A stretch of DNA of 64,000 bases from NCBI GenBank assembly GCA_963777955.1, contig CAVZSQ010000001.1:32001-96000 (forward strand). Direction: 5' to 3'. The notes under the pieces were generated by a model. The model saw only the letters and a program-made list of their open reading frames with translations, was not told where the DNA came from and did not search any database. The position numbers and the translations under genes are program-made. The stretch comes from Calditrichia bacterium (GTDB lineage Bacteria > Calditrichota > Calditrichia > JAJRVZ01). Shown one piece after another: positions 42,136-51,069 of the stretch. How positions within the stretch are numbered: the first letter of the stretch is position 1; every line of letters starts with the position of its first letter.

Positions 42136-42560
42136 ATGCTGAAATCCATGTTTCAAGGTCTGTTACTTTTCTGCATGGTTGCTGTAGAAGGCATACAGGC
42201 ACAGTCGAATTCCTCAACGCGCATCTGGCCATCACTCGAGGATGCAGGCATCAATGTCTCTGTCGATAAACCGCTATACTTTGCCGGGGATACCATGGAA
42301 TACGGCAAGACCAGTGCAATGATGCGATTTTATTATGTGAACGCGATATCGGGACATCGGTTCCCCGTCAACCTTGGAGTAGGAACATTCGGCGTGAACT
42401 CGCCGATCGATGTGGGTGTCGGCCAGGGCGGTTTTGCCGCGTCGATATTCCTGGATGTTGTCGAACTTATCAGAAAGTTCGGGGTCCATTTCGACATGAA
42501 AGTCAATGCGGCCTGGAATTGACGCCCTTTTTTCCTATCAAAAGGAGGTCACGGATATTG
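42136..42560 (+). pseudogene. Exported hypothetical protein, apparently fragmentary
   Basis: Signal peptide and VDKPLYFAGDT (MG2-like start) joined abruptly to beta-barrel-like strands. Confidence 0.35.
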
Positions 42561-42724
42561 TTGAATGCACAGGTGGGTTTTTCAATCTGAGTTCTTTTCA
42601 CCCAGGCATCTATTTACTGTTGTCTGGTGCATCGTACCGGCGGTTCAGCGAAACAGGATGCACCGTAACTGAAACAGATAACTTTAAATCTATTGATCAA
42701 TCACATAACCAAGGGATGTGAACC

Positions 42725-43528
42725 ATGAAAAAGTTACAAACCGGATTGTTTGCCCTTCTGATTGCGGCGCTTCTGTTCCAATCTTGCAGCCTCGTGCCGC
42801 TCACCGGAAGGCGTCAGCTCTCACTCGTCTCTGATGCTGACATGCTTTCTACGAGCTTCGTCCAGTACGACCAGTTCCTGAAGGAAAACAAGCTGAGTAC
42901 GAACACGGCGCAGACGAATATGGTTAAGGGAGTCGGCAGGCGCATCCAAAACGCAGTGACAACATATTTCGCCCAGAATAATTTGTCCCAGGATCTCAAT
43001 GGGTTCGCGTGGGAATTCAACCTCATCGAAAACAAGGAAGTCAACGCCTGGTGTATGCCGGGAGGAAAAGTGGTGGTGTACTCCGGAATCCTTCCGGTCA
43101 CACAGAACGAAACCGGGCTGGCCGTTGTGATGGGGCACGAGATCGCTCACGCCGTGGCAAAGCACAGCAACGAGCGGATGAGCCAGGCGCTGGTCGCCCA
43201 GTTGGGCGGCCAGACGCTCGCCGCTGCGCTCCAGCAGAAACCCCAGCAGACCCAGGAGATCTGGATGGCCCTTTTCGGTGTCGGGGTCCAGCTTGGTGCG
43301 GTCCTGCCGTACAGCCGTCTTCAGGAGAGCGAGGCAGATCACCTCGGATTAATTTTCATGGCCATGGCCGGGTACGATCCCAACGGCTCCATCGAGTTCT
43401 GGCAACGCATGTCTCAGAACGCGGGAGCGAAGCCGCCGGAGTTCCTGAGCACGCACCCCTCCGACGAGAATCGGATTCGGAAAATCAAATCAGAGATTCC
43501 AGAGGCAATGAAGTATTACAAGAAGTAG
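42725..43528 (+). CDS. M48 metalloprotease lipoprotein (LoiP/YcaL/Oma1-like)
   Basis: QSC lipobox, NAWCMPGGK, HEIAH, ESEAD, FLSTHP. Confidence 0.93.
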   Translation: MKKLQTGLFALLIAALLFQSCSLVPLTGRRQLSLVSDADMLSTSFVQYDQFLKENKLSTNTAQTNMVKGVGRRIQNAVTTYFAQNNLSQDLNGFAWEFNLIENKEVNAWCMPGGKVVVYSGILPVTQNETGLAVVMGHEIAHAVAKHSNERMSQALVAQLGGQTLAAALQQKPQQTQEIWMALFGVGVQLGAVLPYSRLQESEADHLGLIFMAMAGYDPNGSIEFWQRMSQNAGAKPPEFLSTHPSDENRIRKIKSEIPEAMKYYKK

Positions 43529-43731
43529 CGGTGATAGGCAATATGTCTATGTCTCCCGTGATCAGGTATTCAGAGGTTAGATCTCCACTGGCTTGGGATG
43601 ACTTGGTGGTAGTCCAAAAGAACCAGTTCCTTTTTCATCCCTTTGGGCGATTGTTTTTGTGGTTGGAGTTTGATTAATTTAATTTTACAAATATAACAAA
43701 ACAGGTTTTATTCATTTTAGGAGGAAATGAC

Positions 43732-44379
43732 ATGAGAATTTCTCGAATCAAATCGTTCGAATCGTTTTTGTTGCAGTTTTCGGCCTGTGCTTCGCGCTGC
43801 CGGCCGCGGCTCAGTACATCGGTGTCCTGCAGTCCGCCGAGACGATGGACCGCGGCACCTTCAAGCTCATGGTTGCCCCGATCATGGTATTCGGCAAGGA
43901 CGGAGCAGATGACGAGTTCGGGGTCGCGGCTCGCGGGGGGTATGCATTCACCGAACACTTCGACGCCGAAGCCAAGCTGGGCTTCTTCGAGAATGGTACC
44001 TTCGTCGGCGCGGATGGCGAGTACTGGATTTTCAGGGGTGCGGAAAAGAATTCCGGCCTTGATTTCTCGTTGACGGGAGGCCTCCACTGGATGTTCGGGA
44101 GCGATAATCGTTCCGACACCATGGGATTCGAGATCACGCCGCAGTTGAGCGGGCACGTGACCGAGAACCTGGAGCTGTGCGGGGCTCTGGATGCCTCGTT
44201 CGAGTCGATCCAGGATGCCCCGGCGGGGGTCGACGATTCGTTCACGAGATTGCACCTCGTGCCCGGAATCGAGTACCGCCTGTCCGACACATTCGACCTG
44301 GTTGCCGAGTTCGGTATCGCGGATCAACGACAACTCGTCCAACTATGCGGGCGCCGGCATCACGTATTACGTCCGCTGA
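43732..44379 (+). CDS. Small outer-membrane beta-barrel protein (frameshifted)
   Basis: Amphipathic strands GGYAFT..AKLGFF..PGIEYR..AGAGITYYVR*. Confidence 0.6.
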
Positions 44380-44420
44380 AATCAGGTTTTGTCCGACCTG
44401 CTGAGAGAAAGAGGTTTTAA

Positions 44421-44627
44421 ATGAACATGCTCAATTTTAAGGGAAACTGGAACGAGGTCACAGGTAAGTTCAAACAACAATTCGCCAGCCTGACAGACGA
44501 TGATATGCTCTATAAAGAAGGGAAGCATGAAGAATTGTTGGGAAGACTGCAGCGAAAGATTGGGAAAACACATACGGAAATCCGCCAGCCTGAGGCGGAA
44601 ATACGCCAGATGATTGAGAAAGTATAA
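44421..44627 (+). CDS. CsbD-family general stress protein
   Basis: KGNWNEVTGKFKQQFASLTDDDM..EGK.EELLGRLQ. Confidence 0.9.
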   Translation: MNMLNFKGNWNEVTGKFKQQFASLTDDDMLYKEGKHEELLGRLQRKIGKTHTEIRQPEAEIRQMIEKV

Positions 44628-44757
44628 TGAGACTAAAAGCAATATTATCATAAATACGAGCCGTTGAATCTACAAGCCCAGCCGTTTCTTTAGATGCAAG
44701 TGGAATGCCGACGAACCGTTCTTATTTTAAACAATTCATTAATGTGGAGAATCTGAC

Positions 44758-45003
44758 ATGATTAAACACAAAAAAATATTTCCCCCGAATTCAGATGCGG
44801 TATTCGTCGGCTGGCAGGAAACACTTTCAGGAGATGTCTTTGCACTCTATACCATAACCGTAAAAGATCATGCGTCTTACGGTTCTACTGTTACGGATAG
44901 GACCTTACGAAATCTGAACCTGCAGATTCCTAAACAGCACCATCCCTGGAGCGAGAGAATAAGTCAGGATACTCAGAAAAGACAGAAGAGAGCAGGTGAG
45001 TAA
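44758..45003 (+). CDS. Small hypothetical protein
   Basis: 81-aa ORF with GGAG RBS; FVGWQ..ALYTI..YGSTV. Confidence 0.55.
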   Translation: MIKHKKIFPPNSDAVFVGWQETLSGDVFALYTITVKDHASYGSTVTDRTLRNLNLQIPKQHHPWSERISQDTQKRQKRAGE

Positions 45004-45050
45004 ATTTGTGAAAAGGAACGATGCGCCTGATATAAATACAAGATGAATCC

Positions 45051-45263
45051 ATGAAAAAGATACTATTTATTCTGGGGATATCGCTTTTCCTTTTGTTTGC
45101 TGCCATGATCGTTGTTCCGCTAATTGTAAAACCACAACTTATAGATCTTGTCAAAAAGGAAGCTAATAAAAATATCAACGCCACACTGGACTTTAAAAGT
45201 ATTGGCTTGAATTTATTTGAAAGTTTTCCGAATGCAGCCCTCAACATCAAACATGTGCTCTAA
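45051..45263 (+). pseudogene. N-terminal fragment of an AsmA-family protein
   Basis: TM helix followed by VKKEANKNINATLDFKSIGLNLFESFP, then stop. Confidence 0.6.
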
Positions 45264-45302
45264 TAAAAAACAATCAATCATTAATTTAACGGAGGTAATT
45301 TT

Positions 45303-45845
45303 ATGTGGAAGAAAATTTTGTTGATAGTGGGATTAATCACGGTGCTGATCGTCCCGGTGAAGGCACAGAGCGTAAGTGTGGGACCGCAGGTTGGTTATTA
45401 TAAAGCCCAGGATGCCGACCAGGGATCATTCATGGGTGGAGTAGCCTGGCGGTTCAAATTGATGCCGGTTCTTGGTCTTGAAGCATCCATCAATTATCGT
45501 CAGGAAAAATATGCGGATGACGCCTTGACGGTTCGCAGCTGGCCGGTGATGGTAACCGGTTTGATTTATCCCATCCCCATTGTTTACGGAGCTATTGGCG
45601 CCGGCTGGTACAGTGTAACTTACGATTATGACCAGAGCAAGTTACCGTTGTTTAAAGACGAGACAACGCAGGAATTTGGCTGGCATTTTGGCGGCGGCGT
45701 GGAACTACCCGTCGGTTCAACTTTCAAAGTGACCGGTGATATTCGCTACGTCTTTCTGAATTATGATTTTAAAGAAATCCCGGGCAGTGCTGATTTGAAA
45801 AGCAATTTCTATGTCATCACCGTCGGGTTCCTGTTCGGTCTGTAA
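45303..45845 (+). CDS. Outer-membrane 8-stranded beta-barrel (porin family) protein
   Basis: Signal peptide, YGAIGAGWY, GWHFGGGVE, DIRYVF, terminal FLFGL. Confidence 0.85.
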   Translation: MWKKILLIVGLITVLIVPVKAQSVSVGPQVGYYKAQDADQGSFMGGVAWRFKLMPVLGLEASINYRQEKYADDALTVRSWPVMVTGLIYPIPIVYGAIGAGWYSVTYDYDQSKLPLFKDETTQEFGWHFGGGVELPVGSTFKVTGDIRYVFLNYDFKEIPGSADLKSNFYVITVGFLFGL

Positions 45846-45854
45846 TCACTCACC

Positions 45855-45890
45855 AAGCTGAGCGGACCTGAAAGTCTGCTCAGCTTTGTT
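45855..45890 (+). terminator. Rho-independent terminator-like hairpin
   Basis: AAGCTGAGCGGAC-CTGAAA-GTCTGCTCAGCTT followed by T-rich tail. Confidence 0.6.
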
Positions 45891-45943
45891 TCCAATATAT
45901 ATCTCTATCATTCGGTGACAGGATCAGCGGAAAGGAGCCAAAC

Positions 45944-46093
45944 ATGCTTTGGACCATCTTTGTGGTTCTTCTGGTTTTGTGGTTGTTTGCATTGTTCAGC
46001 GGCAATACTGTGGGTGGCTTCATTCATGTTCTGCTGGTGATTGCCATCGTCGTCATGCTGATCAGAGTCTATCAAGGACGTAAATCGGGGTAG
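45944..46093 (+). CDS. lmo0937-family (DUF5670) small membrane protein
   Basis: Manual translation MLWTIFVVLLVLWLFALFSGNTVGGFIHVLLVIAIVVMLIRVYQGRKSG*; AAGGAG RBS. Confidence 0.88.
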   Translation: MLWTIFVVLLVLWLFALFSGNTVGGFIHVLLVIAIVVMLIRVYQGRKSG

Positions 46094-46136
46094 CCGTCGG
46101 CACCCGCAAAATTTCTAATAAAAGGAGATTAAACAT

Positions 46137-46254
46137 ATGAAACAGATAATGTATATCGGACTGGTCCTGATCATTCTCGGCGGCCCTGGCACTGACCTAC
46201 CATGGTATTGCCTACACCACGCGCGAGAATATCATCGGGCGTAAAAAGCCGTAG
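46137..46254 (+). pseudogene. DUF3185-like small membrane protein, truncated after ..YTTRENII
   Basis: MKQIMYIGLVLIILGG(L)ALTYHGIAYTTRENII; second TM segment absent. Confidence 0.55.
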
Positions 46255-46277
46255 TCTGCAATCGGGGGAGAGTTTAG

Positions 46278-47573
46278 ATGAAAATATTAATTTTAATTCT
46301 GTCATTATGTTGTACGGTAAGCGGACAGTTAATAATAAATCATAATAATACCAGGTTGCCAACAAATACTCCGGAAATCAAAAATATGTTCAAGATTCAT
46401 TACGCGCATACATCCCACGGGTATCAAATAGTCAGAGGATTGCTTGAATTGGAAAAATCACCAACTTATAACGTTAATATAACCGCTGGTGCGCTTTCGT
46501 TCGAAGAAAATGCCCTTTGTATATTAGACGGTCAAAGTAATGGTGAAACATATATTCTGCCGGAAAAGTACTGGTCCGGCGATGCCGGACTTAATTTGAC
46601 CAGAAATACTCTGAACTCTTACAGGGCAATAAATATTTCAGAATGGGCCTGGTGTGTTCAACTTGATACCTGGGGCGCTTCGTATATAACTGTTTATCTT
46701 AACAATATTTCTGCACTGGAAAGTGAATTTCCCAATGTTACATTTATTTATATGACCGGAAACGCACAAGCAACCGGATCTGAAGGATTTAATAGATTTT
46801 TGAGAAATCAGCAAATTCGCAATTACTGCATTGCTCATAAGAAAATAATATTTGATTTTGAGGATTTGGACAGCTGGTGGTTTAATCCATCAACCAATCT
46901 TTGGGAGCAGGCCACGACAACATATAACGGAGTTGTTTTTCCCGTGGAACATCCACAATTTTACGGATATAGTCAGGGCGGTCATGCTACCCTGGAAAGT
47001 TGTGTGCAGAAAGCAAAGGCTTATTGGAACATGTTAGCTATTCTTTATGATAATTCGCTTCCGGTCAATATGGTAAATTTTGATTACGTGTTAAACAATA
47101 ATAAAATTACGCTGATTTGGAATACGTCAACCGAAGTTAATAATGCTGGATTTGAGATATATAAATCTCTTGACAATAAAGATTTTACATTGTTAAGTTC
47201 ATATAAAACAAACGACGGTTTAGTGGGAGGTAATTTCAGTGATAAACAAAATTATAGCTTTGCAGATAATATCAACAATAATACATGGTATAGTCTATAT
47301 TCCGTGAGCTATAATGGAGAGGTCGAACAGTGTGGTCATTTATCCGTTGAATTTATAAAACCGAATATATATCCCAATCCATTCAGGAACTATGTTAATA
47401 TAGAAATTCCGGAACCATATCGAGTGTATATATATGATATATTGGGAAGGAATATTGGTAAAATAAATAAGCAAGAAAGATGGGGAGGGCGTGTTTCCAA
47501 CGGAATTTATTTCTATCAGACTATATTAAATGATAAAATAATTAGCAGTGGAAAAATCATAAAAATAAAATAA
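46278..47573 (+). CDS. Secreted protein with SGNH-like N-domain and T9SS type A sorting domain
   Basis: HTSHG motif, LPV..WNTSTEVNNAGFEI linker, YPNPF..IYDILGR..GIYFY..KIIKIK C-terminal domain; visibly AT-rich. Confidence 0.8.
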   Translation: MKILILILSLCCTVSGQLIINHNNTRLPTNTPEIKNMFKIHYAHTSHGYQIVRGLLELEKSPTYNVNITAGALSFEENALCILDGQSNGETYILPEKYWSGDAGLNLTRNTLNSYRAINISEWAWCVQLDTWGASYITVYLNNISALESEFPNVTFIYMTGNAQATGSEGFNRFLRNQQIRNYCIAHKKIIFDFEDLDSWWFNPSTNLWEQATTTYNGVVFPVEHPQFYGYSQGGHATLESCVQKAKAYWNMLAILYDNSLPVNMVNFDYVLNNNKITLIWNTSTEVNNAGFEIYKSLDNKDFTLLSSYKTNDGLVGGNFSDKQNYSFADNINNNTWYSLYSVSYNGEVEQCGHLSVEFIKPNIYPNPFRNYVNIEIPEPYRVYIYDILGRNIGKINKQERWGGRVSNGIYFYQTILNDKIISSGKIIKIK

Positions 47574-47731
47574 TGCGTCTATTATATTATTAAACGGCTA
47601 TTATAGTTTTGAGATCAGCACCGTCGGGTTTCTGTGTGGATAGACCATAGGAAGGCTGTGGCTGCAGGCATTAGTGAACAATTGCTCCGCTGGCAGGGAA
47701 TTGCAGCCAAGGAGAAACTTGCCGATAAATC

Positions 47732-49291
47732 TTATACAGTGTATTTCCTGGCAAGATTTAGATAATGCTTTATCTGTTCCATTTTCCAGGAAGAGTCCTG
47801 TCCCATTTCCTTAGCCATTATCTCCGCCACCCGTGGTGCCATTTCCATACTTGTTTTAACATCCAACAGCAACATCCGTGTACGTCTGGACAGGAAGTCT
47901 TCAACGGTTCTGGCCATCTCCTCACGCACAGCCCAGATAATTTCACCAATATATACGGGCGGATCGGCAGATAATTTTTGTTGGTATTCAGGCTTTTCAG
48001 CAAGCAGATTTAAAATCTCGGGAGCATCGCAACCATAAACCTGGAAATCACCGAATATTGTAGCATTACTATGATACCCATGAATGTTGAGATTTTTGCT
48101 GATACTGGGCACCGTATCCAGTTGGGCCAGGATGGCGGCCTGGTCAATGGTATCTTCAGCCATTTTGCGGTAGGTGGTCCATTTCCCGCCGGCAACCGTT
48201 ACCAGACCCGAACGGGAAATATGAATCAGATGATCGCGTGAAAGGGCAGCGGTATCCTTTAGGTTATCTGAATCTGTAACCAGTGGTCGCAGGCCGGCAA
48301 AAACGCTCAGAATATCGCTCTGCAGCGGATCCCTGGTCAGATAACGCGCGGCATGGGTTAATAGAAATTCCAATTCTTCCGGATATGGGGCAGGTTCCAA
48401 TTCGATCGACTGTACCGCTGTTTCGGTAGTCCCGACTACTATGCGATTATGCCAGGGGATAGCAAACAGCACCCGGCCGTCATCGGTCTGGGGAATCATG
48501 ATCGCACTGTCGCCGGGCAGGAAACTTTTATCCAGGACCAGATGAATGCCCTGGCTGGGCCGGATGATGGGTGCGGTTTCCGGTTCATCCATCCGGCGGA
48601 TCTGGTCGGTAAAAACCCCGGTGGCATTGATTACAACTTTTGCTTTTACTTCATATTCCTGGCTATTTTCACTATCCTGAACCCGTACTCCAATTACCAT
48701 GTCATTATATTTAAGTAATGCTTTAACTTCCATATAATTAACCAGGGCCGCACCCTGTTCGGCTGCGGTTTTGACCATGTTGATGATCAGCCGGGCATCA
48801 TCGAACTGGCCGTCAAAATAAATAACTCCGCCTTTTAAACCTTGAGTTTCAATCGTGGGCAGATGCTGAATGGTTTCTTCTTTGGAAAGTACTTTAGAAT
48901 CACCGAATCCCTCACGGCCGGCTAAGATGTCATATAATTTGAGACCGATACCATAAAACGGACCTTCCCACCAGTCATAGTTAGGGACAATGAAAGGTAA
49001 ATTATGTACCAGGTGCGGGGCATTGCGATGAAGAATACCCCGTTCTTTTAAAGCTTCCAGCACCAGGGAGAGATTGCCCTGTTTCAGATAGCGCACACCA
49101 CCGTGGATTAACTTGGTGCTGCGGCTGGAGGTTCCTTTGCCGAAATCGCTTTGTTCGACTAACAGCGTACGGTACCCGCGGGAGGCCGCTTCAATTGCTG
49201 CACCCACGCCGGTAGCCCCGCCGCCGATGATGATAAAATCCCATTTTTCCGCCGGATCAGCCAGGCGACTGATCATTTCAGCGCGATTCAT
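47732..49291 (-). CDS. glpD: FAD-dependent glycerol-3-phosphate dehydrogenase
   Basis: IIGGGATG, GTSSRSTKLIHGGVRYL, DGQFDDAR, GGKWTTYRKMAE. Confidence 0.95.
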   Translation of the reverse strand: MNRAEMISRLADPAEKWDFIIIGGGATGVGAAIEAASRGYRTLLVEQSDFGKGTSSRSTKLIHGGVRYLKQGNLSLVLEALKERGILHRNAPHLVHNLPFIVPNYDWWEGPFYGIGLKLYDILAGREGFGDSKVLSKEETIQHLPTIETQGLKGGVIYFDGQFDDARLIINMVKTAAEQGAALVNYMEVKALLKYNDMVIGVRVQDSENSQEYEVKAKVVINATGVFTDQIRRMDEPETAPIIRPSQGIHLVLDKSFLPGDSAIMIPQTDDGRVLFAIPWHNRIVVGTTETAVQSIELEPAPYPEELEFLLTHAARYLTRDPLQSDILSVFAGLRPLVTDSDNLKDTAALSRDHLIHISRSGLVTVAGGKWTTYRKMAEDTIDQAAILAQLDTVPSISKNLNIHGYHSNATIFGDFQVYGCDAPEILNLLAEKPEYQQKLSADPPVYIGEIIWAVREEMARTVEDFLSRRTRMLLLDVKTSMEMAPRVAEIMAKEMGQDSSWKMEQIKHYLNLARKYTV

Positions 49292-50270
49292 ATTTTACCT
49301 TCTTCTCGCCCCAGATACGGTTAATTTTATCACCAATCCAGATAGAAACCTTAAACCGTTCGGAGTTCAGAAAATTGTCGATGGTTTCCGCTACCTGCTT
49401 CGCCCGCAGGTATCCGTATATTTTATGCGGATTCCTTTCTCCATGTAATTCATAATTGTTATGCACCAGGTAATCGAGTGGTTTAACACCAAGACGGTTT
49501 TCGGCAAAGTCCCCGGCCAGCTGGTAATCCATGGCTACCTTATCTTCCGGATCGGCAAAATTGAACCAGAACCTGCGGATGTTCTGGGGAGTGACCAGGT
49601 TAAAATTTTTTTTATTTCCCGATTGACTACCGGGGTGGAGGCGGCGCTGTATGGTGGACAGTCCCAGCGGGGAGCCAAGGGTGACCAGGGTATCGATCAC
49701 TAATTCAGTTTCCAGTTGTTTGAGAACATCATAGGCGATAATCGTACCCATGGAATGGGCTATTATCATGATATCTTTTTTACGGTGTTCCCGCAGGATA
49801 GAAATCAATTGAGATTGTATGCAATCCCGCGCAGCCAAATGAACATGCCCGGCATCCGGACAATTAGCCGAATAATATATATCCAGATCCTTGTAGAAAT
49901 AATGAATCACCATATCACTAAGTTGACTGTGGCGTATGGTGAAATCGGTGTCAAGCAGAATGTGACTCATCTGTTTTTTAAAAACTCCCGCCATTTTCTG
50001 GCGCAGGGAGGAAGATTTGTTGGACGGAGTGATAGCTGCCGGCAGATACGGATCAGGGACAAATAACGGATTTTCCGGATCGTTAAGTTGCGGATCAAGC
50101 GGCTGCTGATGCAAAAAACGGGACCAGTAAGCCAGGTGGAATTTAAAGAAATAATGCGGTTTGGCAATTGTGTTTAATCCTTCCTCGATGGCCAGACGCC
50201 ACCAGGAGGCCAGCAATGTATCAGGGGGCTTGTTGCCCAGGCCGTGGATACCGATGATTACTTTTGACAT
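49278..50270 (-). CDS. Alpha/beta hydrolase (lipase-like)
   Basis: IGIHGL, AHSMG nucleophile elbow, TLGSPL, DxV, terminal PH..YGYL; overlaps the glpD start. Confidence 0.8.
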   Translation of the reverse strand: MSKVIIGIHGLGNKPPDTLLASWWRLAIEEGLNTIAKPHYFFKFHLAYWSRFLHQQPLDPQLNDPENPLFVPDPYLPAAITPSNKSSSLRQKMAGVFKKQMSHILLDTDFTIRHSQLSDMVIHYFYKDLDIYYSANCPDAGHVHLAARDCIQSQLISILREHRKKDIMIIAHSMGTIIAYDVLKQLETELVIDTLVTLGSPLGLSTIQRRLHPGSQSGNKKNFNLVTPQNIRRFWFNFADPEDKVAMDYQLAGDFAENRLGVKPLDYLVHNNYELHGERNPHKIYGYLRAKQVAETIDNFLNSERFKVSIWIGDKINRIWGEKKVKYESR

Positions 50271-50447
50271 TTTGCAGATAGTTTTTTCAAAAATATAGGT
50301 TGTATTTGGATATGAGGCAATATAGAAAATAGGGGCTAGTGTCATATTCGTTCCTGTTTCATTTATGAGGAAAGAAAAATTTTAATAAAACCTTTTTCAT
50401 ATAAGATAAATCTTATGTATAATTGGACAGGTAATAAGAGATAGGTT

Positions 50448-50849
50448 ATGTCTTATACCATTACGTTCGTTCAGAAAAAGGATTACCTGCATGCTCGGAT
50501 TATTGCTGATAGCACACCTGAAAATGTATTAAATAGTCTGAGCGAAATACAGCAAACCTGCCTGAATTATAAATACCGCAAAGTCCTGATCGAAGACGGA
50601 TTCAGCGGACCAACCATCAGCACCTTTGATATTTTCGCCATAATAGAAAAGATGAGTCCCACCATTTCACCCGAGATTCAGCAAATTGCCTATGTCGATG
50701 TGGAAAAAAAACACGATCCGGAATCATTGCGTTTTGCTGAGACCGTGGCTGTCAATCGTGGTGTTAATATCAAATATTTTATCGATATAAAACAGGCTGA
50801 ACAATGGTTGGTGAACCTGTTGCCAGCTGATTATATATCCGATCACTAA
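50448..50849 (+). CDS. Hypothetical STAS/SpoIIAA-like protein
   Basis: KVLIED..IAYVD..FAETVAVNRG..F.D...AEQWL pattern. Confidence 0.65.
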   Translation: MSYTITFVQKKDYLHARIIADSTPENVLNSLSEIQQTCLNYKYRKVLIEDGFSGPTISTFDIFAIIEKMSPTISPEIQQIAYVDVEKKHDPESLRFAETVAVNRGVNIKYFIDIKQAEQWLVNLLPADYISDH

Positions 50850-50996
50850 CAATTCGCCAACCGTTGATGTCCAGGACAGAAACCGCAGTCATAATTATCC
50901 TTCAATATAAGCATTATATTTTCGCCTCTATTTAACATATTGTTATTAAATAACTTGTAATTAGTAATTATGCATTCAAAAAAATAACAAAAATAT

Positions 50997-51030
50997 TTTT
51001 GTCATTTACTTGACAAAATATATTTTGTCA
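50997..51030. promoter_or_regulatory. Crp-family-type operator TGTCA-N6-TGACA overlapping a TTGACA -35, plus a second palindrome
   Basis: TTTTGTCA-TTTACT-TGACAAAA and TGACAAAATATATTTTGTCA, 40-70 nt upstream of the Crp gene. Confidence 0.65.
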
Positions 51031-51069
51031 TATATATTTTAGTTATAAATCATTAAACAGGGAGGTGGT

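Larger units (their letters stand above)
31128..47618. mobile_element. Putative genomic island (kaiBC + general-stress genes) bounded by the 12-bp direct repeat TTTTGAGATCAG
   Basis: Identical 12-mers at 31128-31139 and 47607-47618, mosaic base composition and gene fragments; no integrase seen. Confidence 0.5.

Noticed and set aside
43009..44342. Long alternative-frame and antisense ORFs (222 aa, 159 aa)
   Set aside because: By-products of GC-rich codon usage in the M48 protease and barrel genes.
39027..46254. Integron cassette array explaining the many small co-oriented genes
   Set aside because: No intI gene and no recurring RYYYAAC...GTTRRRY attC structures seen in the spacers.
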